From an uncultured Clostridia bacterium (GTDB taxonomy: Bacteria; Bacillota; Clostridia; TANB77; CAG-508): DNA of 64,000 nt. Shown here piece after piece: positions 1 through 10,050 of the stretch. The notes below the pieces were generated by a model. It was given only the letters and a program-made list of their open reading frames with translations, did no database searches and was not told the origin of the DNA. Each line of letters opens with the position of its first letter. Within the stretch, counting starts at the first letter, position 1. Made by a program: the position numbers and the translations under genes. The DNA lies in contig CAKPDY010000003.1 of the NCBI GenBank assembly GCA_934149165.1, forward strand, positions 24,228-88,227, in the 5' to 3' direction.

Positions 1-95
1 ATATCTATTAAATCTTTTTCAATTGCCTTTCCTATAATGCTTTGTTTAATAGAATTAAACATTTCAGGGAAAAGTGTTAAAACATCAAATTTCAT
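1..95 (-). CDS. trmD: tRNA (guanine37-N1)-methyltransferase TrmD, first ~31 codons only (gene runs off the left edge)
   Basis: Reverse-complement translation from ATG at 93-95 reads [31 protein letters not shown], a typical TrmD N-terminus. It lies directly downstream of rimM in the conserved rpsP-KH-rimM-trmD order. Confidence 0.8.
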   Translation of the reverse strand, partial: MKFDVLTLFPEMFNSIKQSIIGKAIEKDLID

Positions 96-121
96 TTTTA
101 CTCCAGCATTCCTTTCTACAT

Positions 122-628
122 TTATATTAAACCATCTAATAAATGAACTGTAACTATTTGTTTTTCTATGTCAATATCTAAAATAACTTCTTTAATATTT
201 GGTAAAAGTATTTGTTTACCAAGTTCATCTTTTACTACATAAATATCATTGCTTCCTGTATTATAAATGTCATCTACTTTTCCAAGTAATTTTCCATCAT
301 CTGTAATAACATCTGAACCTATAATATCTGCAATAAAATATGTATCTTTAGGAAGTTTTCTGGCATCTTTTCTGTGAATTTTTAAATAACAACCTTTGTA
401 TTTTTCAGCCATATTTAAATCATCAATATTTTTAAATTTAATAAGCAACATATTTTTTTGATATTTTACTTCTTCAATTTCAAATTCTAGTAATTGTTTA
501 TTTTTTACTATATATATTGATTTTAATTCTTCAAACCTTTCTAAATCATCTGTAAAAGGATTAACTTTTACTTGACCTTTTATACCATGAGTATTTACGA
601 TTTGTCCAATTTCAAAATATTCTTGCAT
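122..628 (-). CDS. rimM: 16S rRNA processing protein RimM
   Basis: ORF track 122..649. Start trimmed to internal [22 protein letters not shown] (ATG 626-628), which is preceded by an AAGAGG RBS. PRC-barrel-like C-terminus and conserved operon position. Confidence 0.9.
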   Translation of the reverse strand: MQEYFEIGQIVNTHGIKGQVKVNPFTDDLERFEELKSIYIVKNKQLLEFEIEEVKYQKNMLLIKFKNIDDLNMAEKYKGCYLKIHRKDARKLPKDTYFIADIIGSDVITDDGKLLGKVDDIYNTGSNDIYVVKDELGKQILLPNIKEVILDIDIEKQIVTVHLLDGLI

Positions 629-670
629 TTTATACCTCTTATTCCACAATTAACATTATAAAATTAATGA

Positions 671-901
671 TTATTCCACAAATTCCACATTAACTTTTTT
701 ACCATCTTTAGCACCTACAGACTTCATAACAGTTCTAATTGATTTTGCTACCCTACCTTGTTTTCCAATAACTTTTCCCATATCATTTGATGAAACTTTA
801 ACTTTGAAAGTAACATTTTTATCATTAATGTCTTCTTCAATTGATATTTCTTCTTTATTATCTACAAGATTTGATATAATTGTTTCTAATACATTTTTCA
901 T
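671..901 (-). CDS. KH-domain RNA-binding protein (YlqC family)
   Basis: MKNVLETI...VIGKQGRVAKSIRTV contains the GxxG KH signature. Start trimmed to ATG 899-901 behind a GGGGGT RBS. Lies between rpsP and rimM as in other Firmicutes. Confidence 0.85.
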   Translation of the reverse strand: MKNVLETIISNLVDNKEEISIEEDINDKNVTFKVKVSSNDMGKVIGKQGRVAKSIRTVMKSVGAKDGKKVNVEFVE

Positions 902-986
902 AATAATACCCCCATTTTTGTGGTTTTGCTTAAGCACAAAAGATTTTTTGTGTTTTCACACTATACCCCTTATTATAAGGATATAA

Positions 987-1223
987 TTATTTTCCAGCTT
1001 TTTCTATTAAAGCTTTAACTGTATCAGTTGGTTTTGCACCATTTTTTATCCATTGTGCTACTTTTTCGTTATCTAAAACTATTGTAGCTGGATTTGTCAT
1101 TGGGTCATAAGAACCAATTTTTTCAACTATTTTACCATCTCTTGGGCATCTTGAATCTGCAACAACTATATGATAAAATGGAGCTTTTTTAGCACCTTGT
1201 CTTTGTAGTCTGATTTTTACCAT
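987..1223 (-). CDS. rpsP: 30S ribosomal protein S16
   Basis: [30 protein letters not shown] is the canonical S16 N-terminus. The GTG at the ORF-track start is part of the AGGAGGTG RBS, so ATG 1221-1223 was taken as the start. Confidence 0.95.
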   Translation of the reverse strand: MVKIRLQRQGAKKAPFYHIVVADSRCPRDGKIVEKIGSYDPMTNPATIVLDNEKVAQWIKNGAKPTDTVKALIEKAGK

Positions 1224-1298
1224 TTTTTTCACCTCCTAAGAAATTTTACATATTTATTTATAATTATTAAAATTAAAAACTATTTAAATTATTTGGTA

Positions 1299-2648
1299 TT
1301 AAAATTTTAAATCATTAGGATTTAGCCCTTTAAAATTTTTCATCATATTTTTCATACCTTTTTCTGTTTTCATTCTCTTCATCATTGCTTGTGTAACTTC
1401 AAAAGTTTTCATAAATTGATTAATCTTTTGAACTGTAGTACCACTACCTTTTGCAATTCTTATTCTTCTACTTCCATTTAATATTTTAGGGTTTCTTCTT
1501 TCTGCTGGTGTCATAGAAGAAATAATTGCCTCTATTTTAACTAATTCTTTATCATCAACTTTAACATCTTTTAAATTTCCCATTCCAGGAATCATTTTTA
1601 AAATTGATGAAAATGAACCCATTTTTTTTATTTGTTTTAACTGTATTAAATAATCATTTAAATCAAATTCACCTTTACGTATTTGTTTTTCAAGTTTTTC
1701 TGCTTCTTCTATATTAAATGTTTCTTCTGCTTTTTCTATAATTGAAAGCATATCACCCATTCCTAAAATTCTTTGTGCCATTCTATCTGGATGAAATTCC
1801 TCAATATCACTTAATTTTTCACCTGTTGCTGCAAACTTAATTGGTTTTCCAGTAACTTTTTTTACTGATAATGCAGCACCACCACGAGTATCACCATCTA
1901 ATTTTGTTAAAACTACACCATCTATTCCTAAATTTTCATTAAATGATGTTGCAACATTTACTGCATCTTGACCTGTCATTGAATCTACTACTAGTAATAT
2001 TTCATGTGGTTTACTACTTGCTTTTAAATTTCTTAATTCTTGCATTAATTCTTCGTCTACATGTAAACGCCCTGCTGTATCTAAAATTATTACATCATTT
2101 AATTTACTAATTGCAACATTATATGCTTGTTTTGCAATTTGAACAACATCTTTTGTTGATTCATTGCTATATACCGGTATATTCAACTGATTTCCAACAA
2201 CTTGTAATTGCTTTATAGCAGCTGGTCTATACACATCACATGCAACTAATAGAGGCTTTTTTCCTTGTTTTCTTAACAAATTAGCAAGTTTACCTGCAGT
2301 TGTTGTTTTACCTGAACCTTGTAAACCTACTAACATAATTACAGTTGGTGGATTTGGTGTAAAATTTATTTTACTTTCTGTTCCACCTAATAGTTCAATT
2401 AATTCATCTTTTACAATTTTTATAACTTGTTGACCTGGTGTTAATGATTTTAACACATCTTGACCTAAAGCTTTTTCTTGTATAGTTGAAATAAATTCTT
2501 TTACTATTTTATAATTAACATCTGCTTCAAGTAATGCAAGTTTTACTTCTCTTAACATTTCTTTTAAATCAGATTCTGTAATTCTAGCTTTACCTTTTAA
2601 TTTTCTTGTAAACTCTTGTAGTTTTGAAGATAATCCCTCAAATGCCAT
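1299..2648 (-). CDS. ffh: Signal recognition particle protein Ffh
   Basis: GLQGSGKTTT, DTAGR and TKLDGD GTPase motifs, plus a Met-rich C-terminal M domain. Confidence 0.97.
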   Translation of the reverse strand: MAFEGLSSKLQEFTRKLKGKARITESDLKEMLREVKLALLEADVNYKIVKEFISTIQEKALGQDVLKSLTPGQQVIKIVKDELIELLGGTESKINFTPNPPTVIMLVGLQGSGKTTTAGKLANLLRKQGKKPLLVACDVYRPAAIKQLQVVGNQLNIPVYSNESTKDVVQIAKQAYNVAISKLNDVIILDTAGRLHVDEELMQELRNLKASSKPHEILLVVDSMTGQDAVNVATSFNENLGIDGVVLTKLDGDTRGGAALSVKKVTGKPIKFAATGEKLSDIEEFHPDRMAQRILGMGDMLSIIEKAEETFNIEEAEKLEKQIRKGEFDLNDYLIQLKQIKKMGSFSSILKMIPGMGNLKDVKVDDKELVKIEAIISSMTPAERRNPKILNGSRRIRIAKGSGTTVQKINQFMKTFEVTQAMMKRMKTEKGMKNMMKNFKGLNPNDLKF

Positions 2649-2670
2649 ATTGGATTCCTCCTTTGTAGTT

Positions 2671-3048
2671 TTATATTATTTTGTTAAGTCTTTTTCTTAT
2701 TTCACTAATAATTTCTATTTTTTCTTTTGAGTCATTTGAAGTTTTTGAATTATTTTTTACATTTTCTAATTCTTCTAGTTTTTGTAATTTTTCTTTAATG
2801 TTAGTTATTAATTCTTCTTCTTCTAAAATTTTTTTCATAAACCCTATATTTTTTTCTAATTCATAAAGTTTATTTTCTGTTTTTTTTATAATATCTCTGA
2901 CTGCTTGCCTAGTTATATCGTTGTTTTCTGCAATTTCTGAAAGTGATAAGTCATTATTATAGTAGTCTGTTATGACTTCATATTGTTTTTTAGTTAATAC
3001 TTTTCCATATATTTGACATAACATACTTATTTCAACATTTTTTTCCAT
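2671..3048 (-). CDS. ylxM: UPF0122/YlxM putative HTH protein upstream of ffh
   Basis: LTKKQYEVITDYYNNDLSLSEIAENNDITRQAVRDIIKK is the sigma-70 region-4-like YlxM signature. Conserved position upstream of ffh. Confidence 0.85.
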   Translation of the reverse strand: MEKNVEISMLCQIYGKVLTKKQYEVITDYYNNDLSLSEIAENNDITRQAVRDIIKKTENKLYELEKNIGFMKKILEEEELITNIKEKLQKLEELENVKNNSKTSNDSKEKIEIISEIRKRLNKII

Positions 3049-3134
3049 AATTATATCCTTTCAGTTTTTATTTTGTAATGCTATATTACTTTACACTATT
3101 TTAGGCGATTTGTCAAGGGTTTTAACAAATTTTT

Positions 3135-3803
3135 CTAAAAAACATCCTTGTGACAAATATTTTTCAAATTAAAAAAATTATTTTCAAAATTATATTTTTT
3201 CTTACAATTGTTAATTCCGCAATTTATAAATACATTTGGGCAATTAACCCAATTCATATATTCATATGCAATTTTCGGATTTTTAGTATACATACAAACA
3301 GCAAATGGTTGATTTTTATTTAGAAAATGAATTATATCATTGAAATTACCTTTTATAGCTTTTATATCATAATCACTAAACATTTTATTTTTTTGTAATT
3401 TTTCAATCTCACTTTTTATATTTTCATTATATGAATCATCTTCTTGATATAAATAAATAGAGTTTTGTATTTTATCTAATTCTCTTTCACAGCCACATTC
3501 TATAAATCTATCTAGTTTTGTTAAATCAATTTCTTCTTTTTCAAACATTTGAACTAAATTATCATCTACATAAAAATTCTTTAAACATTCTTTCAAAATA
3601 AGTAAAAATAAAGACTCTGTATTATATTTATTATAATTTTCATTTAATATAATAATTGAATTTCGTGTTGAAATACCTTTTATCATATTGTTAATGCAAT
3701 CTTTTGTATTATTGCATTTAATTCCTATAACTCCGAACAGGAACCTGATAACATCCTGTTTTTTTATTTTTATGTTTAAATTTTGAAATATTAGTTTTCT
3801 CAT
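3135..3803 (-). CDS. Hypothetical protein (possibly the C-terminal part of a frameshifted gene)
   Basis: 222-aa ORF with no recognisable motif. Its first 86 nt overlap the upstream ORF 3718..4143 in another frame. Confidence 0.45.
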   Translation of the reverse strand: MRKLIFQNLNIKIKKQDVIRFLFGVIGIKCNNTKDCINNMIKGISTRNSIIILNENYNKYNTESLFLLILKECLKNFYVDDNLVQMFEKEEIDLTKLDRFIECGCERELDKIQNSIYLYQEDDSYNENIKSEIEKLQKNKMFSDYDIKAIKGNFNDIIHFLNKNQPFAVCMYTKNPKIAYEYMNWVNCPNVFINCGINNCKKKYNFENNFFNLKNICHKDVF

Positions 3804-4143
3804 TTTCTAGCATTATTATTATATCTTCAAATGTAATATTATCTTCATTTATATCAATTATTTTTTGAATTTTTTCTCTATTGTCTTGTATTTGTTTTAT
3901 TACATATAATATAATATCTTCTGAAATATTTTTATTATTGTTTATTATATATTTCTTAAAAGCATTTCTTGCAGCAATAATTTCTGCTTGTACAAATTGT
4001 GTATCTTTTTTGATATATTCTACATTTGTATCATCTTCTTTATAAACTTCTTCAATTTTTTTACTAAAAAAAATCTTTCTTAAAAATCTCGAAAATTTAC
4101 CTAAGAAATTGTCATTAACTACTACTAATCCCTGTTCTTGCAT
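3718..4143 (-). CDS. Hypothetical protein (possibly the N-terminal part of a frameshifted gene)
   Basis: 141-aa ORF preceded by a GGAGG-like RBS (aaaggaggaaaaaaatg). It overlaps 3135..3803, and an A7 run lies inside the overlap. Confidence 0.45.
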   Translation of the reverse strand: MQEQGLVVVNDNFLGKFSRFLRKIFFSKKIEEVYKEDDTNVEYIKKDTQFVQAEIIAARNAFKKYIINNNKNISEDIILYVIKQIQDNREKIQKIIDINEDNITFEDIIIMLENEKTNISKFKHKNKKTGCYQVPVRSYRN

Positions 4144-4232
4144 TTTTTTCCTCCTTTGTATATTTATTGTTATATATTTCAGTATTTACTATAAACCAAA
4201 TTTTTTTTATAGTCAAGATTAAAAAAAATGCC

Positions 4233-5159
4233 TTATGGCATTTTTCTTTTATTTATAACATATGTACTTCCTTGTATACTTTTAGAAAGATGCTTTACTT
4301 GTGCCCCTACTTCACCTATTTCTAAAATATTTTTAAAATTATTATTTACCTCAACAACCCCAATAGATATTGAGGTTAGTGGAAACTGTTCCATAACACC
4401 TTTTCTATTTTCTATTTCTATATAACCTTTTTCAATATGTTCTTGTGTATAATAATCCAAAACATTATAGTCAAAGTCTAGTATTATATTTTGGCATAAC
4501 TTTTCAAAATTATTATTTGAAATAATTGCTATAAAATCATCTCCACCTATATGCCCAACAAAACCTTTTTCCAAATCTATTTCATGTACATTTTTCAAAA
4601 TTGTTCTTGCAGTAAATTTTATAATCTCGTCACCTTTTATAAAACCATATACATCATTATATGCTTTAAAATTATCTAAGTCTAAATATAACATTACAAA
4701 AGTTTCTTTATTCATTAATCTTTTTTTCATTTCTGCCTGAATTTGTACATTTCCAGGAAGTCCTGTTAATGGACTAACTGTTCTATTTATATCTAATAAT
4801 CTAATTATGTTTTTTATTGTATAATATAAATATTCATCATCTATCGGTTTTTTTATATATTGCTCCACAGCTGATTTTAAAACTTCCACTTTATGTTTGT
4901 GTTCCATATTAGAGGAAATAACTATTACTGGAGTAATTCTATTATCATCATTTTCACGTATTTTATTACATAAATCTATTATATTTCCTTCTAATGTATC
5001 TTCATGAATTATTATTAACGAAGGAATATTTTTTAATGCTATTTGCAAATCATTTTGTTTAATACTTTTAAAGCTAAAACCTTTTTCTTCATTAAACATT
5101 TCTATTAATTTGTTATATAAATTATTTTCTTCATCAATAATATATATTTCTTGAATCAT
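4233..5159 (-). CDS. Receiver-like domain + GGDEF-family domain protein (variant GGDDF motif)
   Basis: The N-terminal ~120 aa have a CheY-like pattern (IYIIDEE, VIVISS, IKKP), but His sits at the expected phospho-Asp position (LIIIHED). The C-terminus has TGLPGN...LYLDLDNFKAYND...HIGGDDFIAI. Confidence 0.8.
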   Translation of the reverse strand: MIQEIYIIDEENNLYNKLIEMFNEEKGFSFKSIKQNDLQIALKNIPSLIIIHEDTLEGNIIDLCNKIRENDDNRITPVIVISSNMEHKHKVEVLKSAVEQYIKKPIDDEYLYYTIKNIIRLLDINRTVSPLTGLPGNVQIQAEMKKRLMNKETFVMLYLDLDNFKAYNDVYGFIKGDEIIKFTARTILKNVHEIDLEKGFVGHIGGDDFIAIISNNNFEKLCQNIILDFDYNVLDYYTQEHIEKGYIEIENRKGVMEQFPLTSISIGVVEVNNNFKNILEIGEVGAQVKHLSKSIQGSTYVINKRKMP

Positions 5160-5173
5160 TTGTTTCTCCTACC

Positions 5174-6088
5174 TTATTTTGTCTTTTTACATTTATATTC
5201 TTTTATTAATTCATTTTCATATGCAGTAACTTTTAAATAATTTGTACCATCTTTTAATTTTAATTTAAATTCATATTCTTTAGCATTTTGTGGTATATCA
5301 TTTACAGTAAAATCTTCTTCATTGAAAGTATATACAACTTTTGTTATTGTATATTCATCTGTTACTTTTACAACAAGATAATCTCCTTCTGCTGTAACTT
5401 TAATTTCTGGTCCATTAGAACCTACTACTTTCTTTGATAATTCTTCTTTATTTCCAGTTTTATCTTTTGCTACAATTTTTAATACTTTAGTTCCTTTTTG
5501 AACATTTATATCTTGTGTTATTGTTTTATTATCTTCACTTCTTGTTTCAACCTTAACTTCTTCTTCACCTTCCCATTGATAAGTTAAAGATTCAATTTCT
5601 GTTTCATCTGTTGCAGTAACAGTTAATTTTCCAGCAGAGTTTACAATAGAAATTTTAGGTTTAGCTGTGTCTTCAGCTAATGTAAATACAACATTTACAT
5701 TTTCAAAAACTGTTTTATTTCCTTCAATATCTATAGTACTTATATTTAATATATTATCTCCTTGTGGAATTTCAATTTCCGCTTTATAATATTTCTTTCC
5801 TTCTGCATTTAAAGTTGTTACTATTCCATTATTCCATGAATATTCAATTTTATTAATTCCTACTCCACCATTAACTTCTAAATTCATAGTGCTTCCGTTT
5901 TTTTCAACATTCAATATTGGCTTTTCAAATATTTTTTCTTTGTTTTTAGCTGTATATAAATTATATGAGCCTTCTCCTATGAAAATTATAGCAAATATTA
6001 TAATTGCTATAGCAAAAAATTTTACAGTTGGCTTAAATTTTACACTTGAATTATTATCTTTATCTTTTGTCATTAAAATTTGATTCAT
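5174..6088 (-). CDS. Membrane-anchored extracellular protein with Ig-like beta-rich repeats
   Basis: One N-terminal TM helix (FFAIAIIIFAIIFIG), followed by repeated beta-strand-like segments rich in T/V/K/E. No catalytic motif. Confidence 0.55.
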   Translation of the reverse strand: MNQILMTKDKDNNSSVKFKPTVKFFAIAIIIFAIIFIGEGSYNLYTAKNKEKIFEKPILNVEKNGSTMNLEVNGGVGINKIEYSWNNGIVTTLNAEGKKYYKAEIEIPQGDNILNISTIDIEGNKTVFENVNVVFTLAEDTAKPKISIVNSAGKLTVTATDETEIESLTYQWEGEEEVKVETRSEDNKTITQDINVQKGTKVLKIVAKDKTGNKEELSKKVVGSNGPEIKVTAEGDYLVVKVTDEYTITKVVYTFNEEDFTVNDIPQNAKEYEFKLKLKDGTNYLKVTAYENELIKEYKCKKTK

Positions 6089-6185
6089 TTAATCACCTCA
6101 TTTTTCTTATTTTAAATTATAGCATATATTATATTTTTTTGTAAATAACCATTATGTATTTTTTTATTTGCCTAAATAAAACCTC

Positions 6186-6216
6186 AAAAAAGGGACGGTA
6201 GTTTTTCCGTCTCCTT
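6186..6216 (-). terminator. Rho-independent terminator after spoIIE
   Basis: On the minus strand, GGAGACGG-loop-CCGTCCC is followed by TTTTTT, about 45 nt after the spoIIE stop. Confidence 0.7.
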
Positions 6217-6260
6217 TATTTTTTGGCTTAATTGACACTAATTTGTGAGTTTTTTTATTT

Positions 6261-8792
6261 TTAGCAAATCTTTGCAACTATTACAGTCATATCATCTTTT
6301 TCTTTACCAAAATCATTATCTATTGCTTCTGAAATTATAATATCTGCAATTTTTTGAACATCATCATTATTAATTTCTTCTAATAAATATTTTAACCATA
6401 ATTCCTTATTTTGATAATCTGAATTAGATTCAATTATACCATCAGAACACATTACAATTATATCGCCTTTTTCAATGTCTTTATCATATACTATTAATTC
6501 TATATCATCTAAAATGCCTGTTGGCATTGATATTGATTTTAATATTTGAACATCTTTATTTCTTTTTACATAAGTTGGACATGCACCATTTTTTACAAAT
6601 TCCATATTTTTTGCATATAAATCTAATATTGCAATATCTAGTGTTGCATACATATCTTCTTCATGCATATTTGTTGCTAATGTTGAATTTATTAATTTTA
6701 TTGATGTGTCCTTTTTAAAACCAGATGTTAATAATCTTTCTAACATTTTTATTGCAATTTTACTACTTTTTCTTGCTTCTGGACCAGAACCCATTCCATC
6801 ACTTAATGCTATTAAATATTTTCCATCTTCTAATTTTGTTTGAATACTTGTATCTCCAGAAACAGGAGAACCATTTTTAGTTGATTTTGCAATTCCAATT
6901 TGTAAATTATATTTATCTTTTGACATATATACAAATTTACACATATCCTTTTGTTTTCTTAATCCACATGTTTGTTCACACAAGTTCATTTGTTCATCTA
7001 ATACTTTTGATATAACTTGTCCTATTATTTTAGAATGACAATTGTCTTCTTCTAATTCATCACAGCATTTTATATATATGTTTACATTATATCTTCCTGT
7101 ATCTTCTCTTTTTATTAATATATCTTCTAATTTTATTTGTTTTTGTTTTAACAATTGAATTATTTGCTCTTTTTCTTTTTTAAATTGTTTATCTGAACTT
7201 TCTTCTATATCATCTGCTATTTCTGCTATTATGTCTGAAACTCCTTGTAGTTGAACTGATACATTCTTTTTATTTTCCTCAATTTTTTTCTTATATACAA
7301 AATTCATTTTACTCATTTTGTAAGAATAATTTATTTTCTTTATCATTTGTGAAATATCATTTTCTAAATTTTTATTATATTCTTCATTTTCTCCTTCTTC
7401 ATTAATACCAACTATATAATTATTGTGATTAGCAAATATTTGTATTAATTGTTTTCTTGTAATAATGGTATTCATTAATAAAACTTTAAAAATATCTATT
7501 ACTATTTCATCTGAAAAATATAATTCATCATATAATAAATTATTTTTCATTTCTTCTATATTATTACGAAATTCTTTTATAAATATTTCTTCATTTTCTT
7601 TTTCAATTTTTGTATGTTCATCATCTACAATTGTTGCTGCTGTTTGTGTATAGCTTTTTGCAAGTTCAGATATTGTTTCTGAAATATTTGTTAATTTTCT
7701 TATTGTTTCTTTACTTCCTTCTAAAACTCTTCCTGTTGTTTCAGGTAATAATTTTGAATCTGTAAATATATCTTCTATAATAAATTCAACTTTTTTTGGT
7801 ATTAATAATAATCCAAGTGATGCTATTAATATTTCCCTAAATACTATAACAGGAATTATATTTCCATTTGATACATATGTTAACATTGTATTTCCCAAAA
7901 CAAATCCTATTATAACACCTGGTCTTCCAAATCTACTAAATAAACCTGCTAATAATCCAGAAATTGCAAATGTTGCAATCATAATTGGGTTTCCTACATT
8001 AATTATTCCCAAAACAATTCCAATTGTTATTCCACCTGTTGCACCAACAAGCATTCCATTTTTCCAACCTAATATAAGCACTATTAATATACATAAAATA
8101 TTCTTTACTGAAAATCCAAACAACTGAATAGGTGTTATTGCAGATATTGCTATTGCAATCATCATACTTGCTCCCATTATTTCTTCTATTGAAAATACTT
8201 TTTTAATTCCATAATCTTTTATTACTGTTATTGAATTAACAAATATTTTATAGAAAATAAATACAATTATTGATTGCATAATTCCTATTAATAAATCATA
8301 TACATAAAATGTGCCAAATGCTAATGGAGCTATTTGTACTAACAAACTTGAAATTATAATATTTTTTCCAAGTTTTCTTTTTTCATTACAATCTTCTTGT
8401 ATTCTTGTTTTTAGAACAAATAAACTTCCAAAAAACACTGCTGATGTTATTATATAATTTATTAACCCTTCTGTTCCAAAACCAATAAAAGTTCCAATAC
8501 ATGTTAATATGTATATTATTCCTATTGGTATTGTATTACTTAATGCTGCTGCTAATATTGCTAATGCAAATGGTGCTAGTCCTAATGAATTATTTCCTCC
8601 AAAACTTACCATTGATAGCATAAATGATATTATGTATAAAAATACATTTTGTTTTACAAAGAATTTTTTCATTATTTCTTTAATTTCTTCAATTTTATAT
8701 AATTTAACATCCTTGTTTTGGCTATTGTTGTTTATATAGCCTTTTAATATATTTTGAAACATCCTTACCACCTCTATACTTTTTTTCTTCAC
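6261..8792 (-). CDS. spoIIE: Stage II sporulation protein E (membrane PP2C phosphatase)
   Basis: About 10 N-terminal TM segments, a central regulatory region, and a C-terminal PP2C signature LSDGMGSGPEARKSS...MCSDGI...DDMTVIVAKI. The true start may be the internal MFQNILKG. Confidence 0.9.
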   Translation of the reverse strand: MKKKSIEVVRMFQNILKGYINNNSQNKDVKLYKIEEIKEIMKKFFVKQNVFLYIISFMLSMVSFGGNNSLGLAPFALAILAAALSNTIPIGIIYILTCIGTFIGFGTEGLINYIITSAVFFGSLFVLKTRIQEDCNEKRKLGKNIIISSLLVQIAPLAFGTFYVYDLLIGIMQSIIVFIFYKIFVNSITVIKDYGIKKVFSIEEIMGASMMIAIAISAITPIQLFGFSVKNILCILIVLILGWKNGMLVGATGGITIGIVLGIINVGNPIMIATFAISGLLAGLFSRFGRPGVIIGFVLGNTMLTYVSNGNIIPVIVFREILIASLGLLLIPKKVEFIIEDIFTDSKLLPETTGRVLEGSKETIRKLTNISETISELAKSYTQTAATIVDDEHTKIEKENEEIFIKEFRNNIEEMKNNLLYDELYFSDEIVIDIFKVLLMNTIITRKQLIQIFANHNNYIVGINEEGENEEYNKNLENDISQMIKKINYSYKMSKMNFVYKKKIEENKKNVSVQLQGVSDIIAEIADDIEESSDKQFKKEKEQIIQLLKQKQIKLEDILIKREDTGRYNVNIYIKCCDELEEDNCHSKIIGQVISKVLDEQMNLCEQTCGLRKQKDMCKFVYMSKDKYNLQIGIAKSTKNGSPVSGDTSIQTKLEDGKYLIALSDGMGSGPEARKSSKIAIKMLERLLTSGFKKDTSIKLINSTLATNMHEEDMYATLDIAILDLYAKNMEFVKNGACPTYVKRNKDVQILKSISMPTGILDDIELIVYDKDIEKGDIIVMCSDGIIESNSDYQNKELWLKYLLEEINNDDVQKIADIIISEAIDNDFGKEKDDMTVIVAKIC

Positions 8793-9145
8793 ATATTTTA
8801 ATACATAAAGATGTAAATTTTTTGTCAGTTTTGATATGTAAAATTAAAAAAGTTTTTTACATATTGTGATATAATTTTTTAAAATTAATTACTTTATTTT
8901 TTTATAATACAATTTACGTGTATATTTTATCTTAATTTTTTGTAAAATACAATATATTGGTGAATATTTTATTTATTTTTCTGTATCACTTTTTTCCCAA
9001 AATACATATAATATTAATATGAAAATTACAATATAAATCATATTTAACCATTTTTTATATATAATTTATTAAACTACATTTTACATTGTTATAATTTACT
9101 ACTTTATTTAGCTGGTTAATTTTATATCAAAGAAGGTGATTATAT

Positions 9146-9619
9146 TTGAATGACGATATGTCTGAATTATTAAAGAATTTTAGTACTATGCTTAATAAAC
9201 AAGATATGCCAGATAACATAAAAAATATTTTAAATTCTATGAGCAAAAATAATAATATTAACAATAATGATTCTAACTCTAACTCTAATTCTAATTTTAA
9301 TACAACAAACAATATTAACAATAATTCAAATTCATCAGGAAATGTAAATTCTAATACTACTACAACGAACTCACAATCATCTAACACTAATAACATATTC
9401 GGAGATTTTGATATTAACACCATGCTTAAAATGCAGAAAATAATGAACTCTATAAATAATGATAAACAAAATGATTCAAGAACTAATTTATTAATGTCTT
9501 TAAAACCATATTTAAAAGATAGTAGAAAAAATAAAGTTGATAAATATATTCAATTGATGAAAATGGGAAAAATATTTGAAATAATAAATCCTTTAGGCGG
9601 TGATAATAAAAATGTATAA
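9146..9619 (+). CDS. Hypothetical Asn/Ser-rich low-complexity protein
   Basis: TTG start 6 nt after a GAAGGTGA RBS. A TGTTATAAT extended -10 lies near 9087-9095. The C-terminal 70 aa are non-repetitive (LKPYLKDSRKNKVDKYIQLMKMGKIFEI). Confidence 0.55.
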   Translation: MNDDMSELLKNFSTMLNKQDMPDNIKNILNSMSKNNNINNNDSNSNSNSNFNTTNNINNNSNSSGNVNSNTTTTNSQSSNTNNIFGDFDINTMLKMQKIMNSINNDKQNDSRTNLLMSLKPYLKDSRKNKVDKYIQLMKMGKIFEIINPLGGDNKNV

Positions 9620-9974
9620 CTTTAGGCCTCCTTTTTTTGGGCAACCTGCTTTTTTAGGTAATAACAATTATTATAGAAAAAATTATCATAATTCTACTAA
9701 TTTTAAAAAGTATCCAAATTCTTGCGAAAAAAATAACACAGAAAATTTACTTAATAAAAATTCGATTTCAAAACAGCCACCTTCACCTCCACTACTAACT
9801 GAAACAACAACTAACTGTAATAATATTCAATCAAATGAGGTTTTATTTGAAATATTTGGTTTGAAGATATATTTTGATGATGTATTATTAATATGTATTT
9901 TATTATTTTTGTATCAAGAAGGAATACAAGATGAATATTTATTTATTTCACTAATTTTGCTACTTTTAAGTTAA
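9612..9974 (+). CDS. Hypothetical small protein with C-terminal TM helix
   Basis: The ATG at 9612 overlaps the stop of the preceding ORF (translational coupling). The C-terminus VLLICILLFLY...ISLILLLLS is hydrophobic. Confidence 0.45.
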   Translation: MYNFRPPFFGQPAFLGNNNYYRKNYHNSTNFKKYPNSCEKNNTENLLNKNSISKQPPSPPLLTETTTNCNNIQSNEVLFEIFGLKIYFDDVLLICILLFLYQEGIQDEYLFISLILLLLS

Positions 9975-10017
9975 TATTTAGTAAACTTTAAAGGTATTTT
10001 TTAGTTTACTAAATATT
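9973..10017. terminator. Bidirectional terminator hairpin between convergent genes
   Basis: AATATTTAGTAAAC (9973-9986) pairs with GTTTACTAAATATT (10004-10017). AT/T-rich flanks on both sides. Confidence 0.55.
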
Positions 10018-10050
10018 ATTTTAGTTTCAAAAAATACCTTTTAAAAAAAA

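Noticed and set aside
9272-9295. Hexanucleotide microsatellite (TCTAAC/TCTAAT x4) as a contingency locus
   Set aside because: The unit length is a multiple of three, so slippage would only change the (SN)n length. This is typical low-complexity coding in extremely AT-rich genomes.
9127-9423. 98-aa minus-strand ORF rich in Leu/Glu/Phe
   Set aside because: It is the antisense reading of the Asn/Ser-rich low-complexity segment of the plus-strand ORF 9146..9619. It has no RBS.
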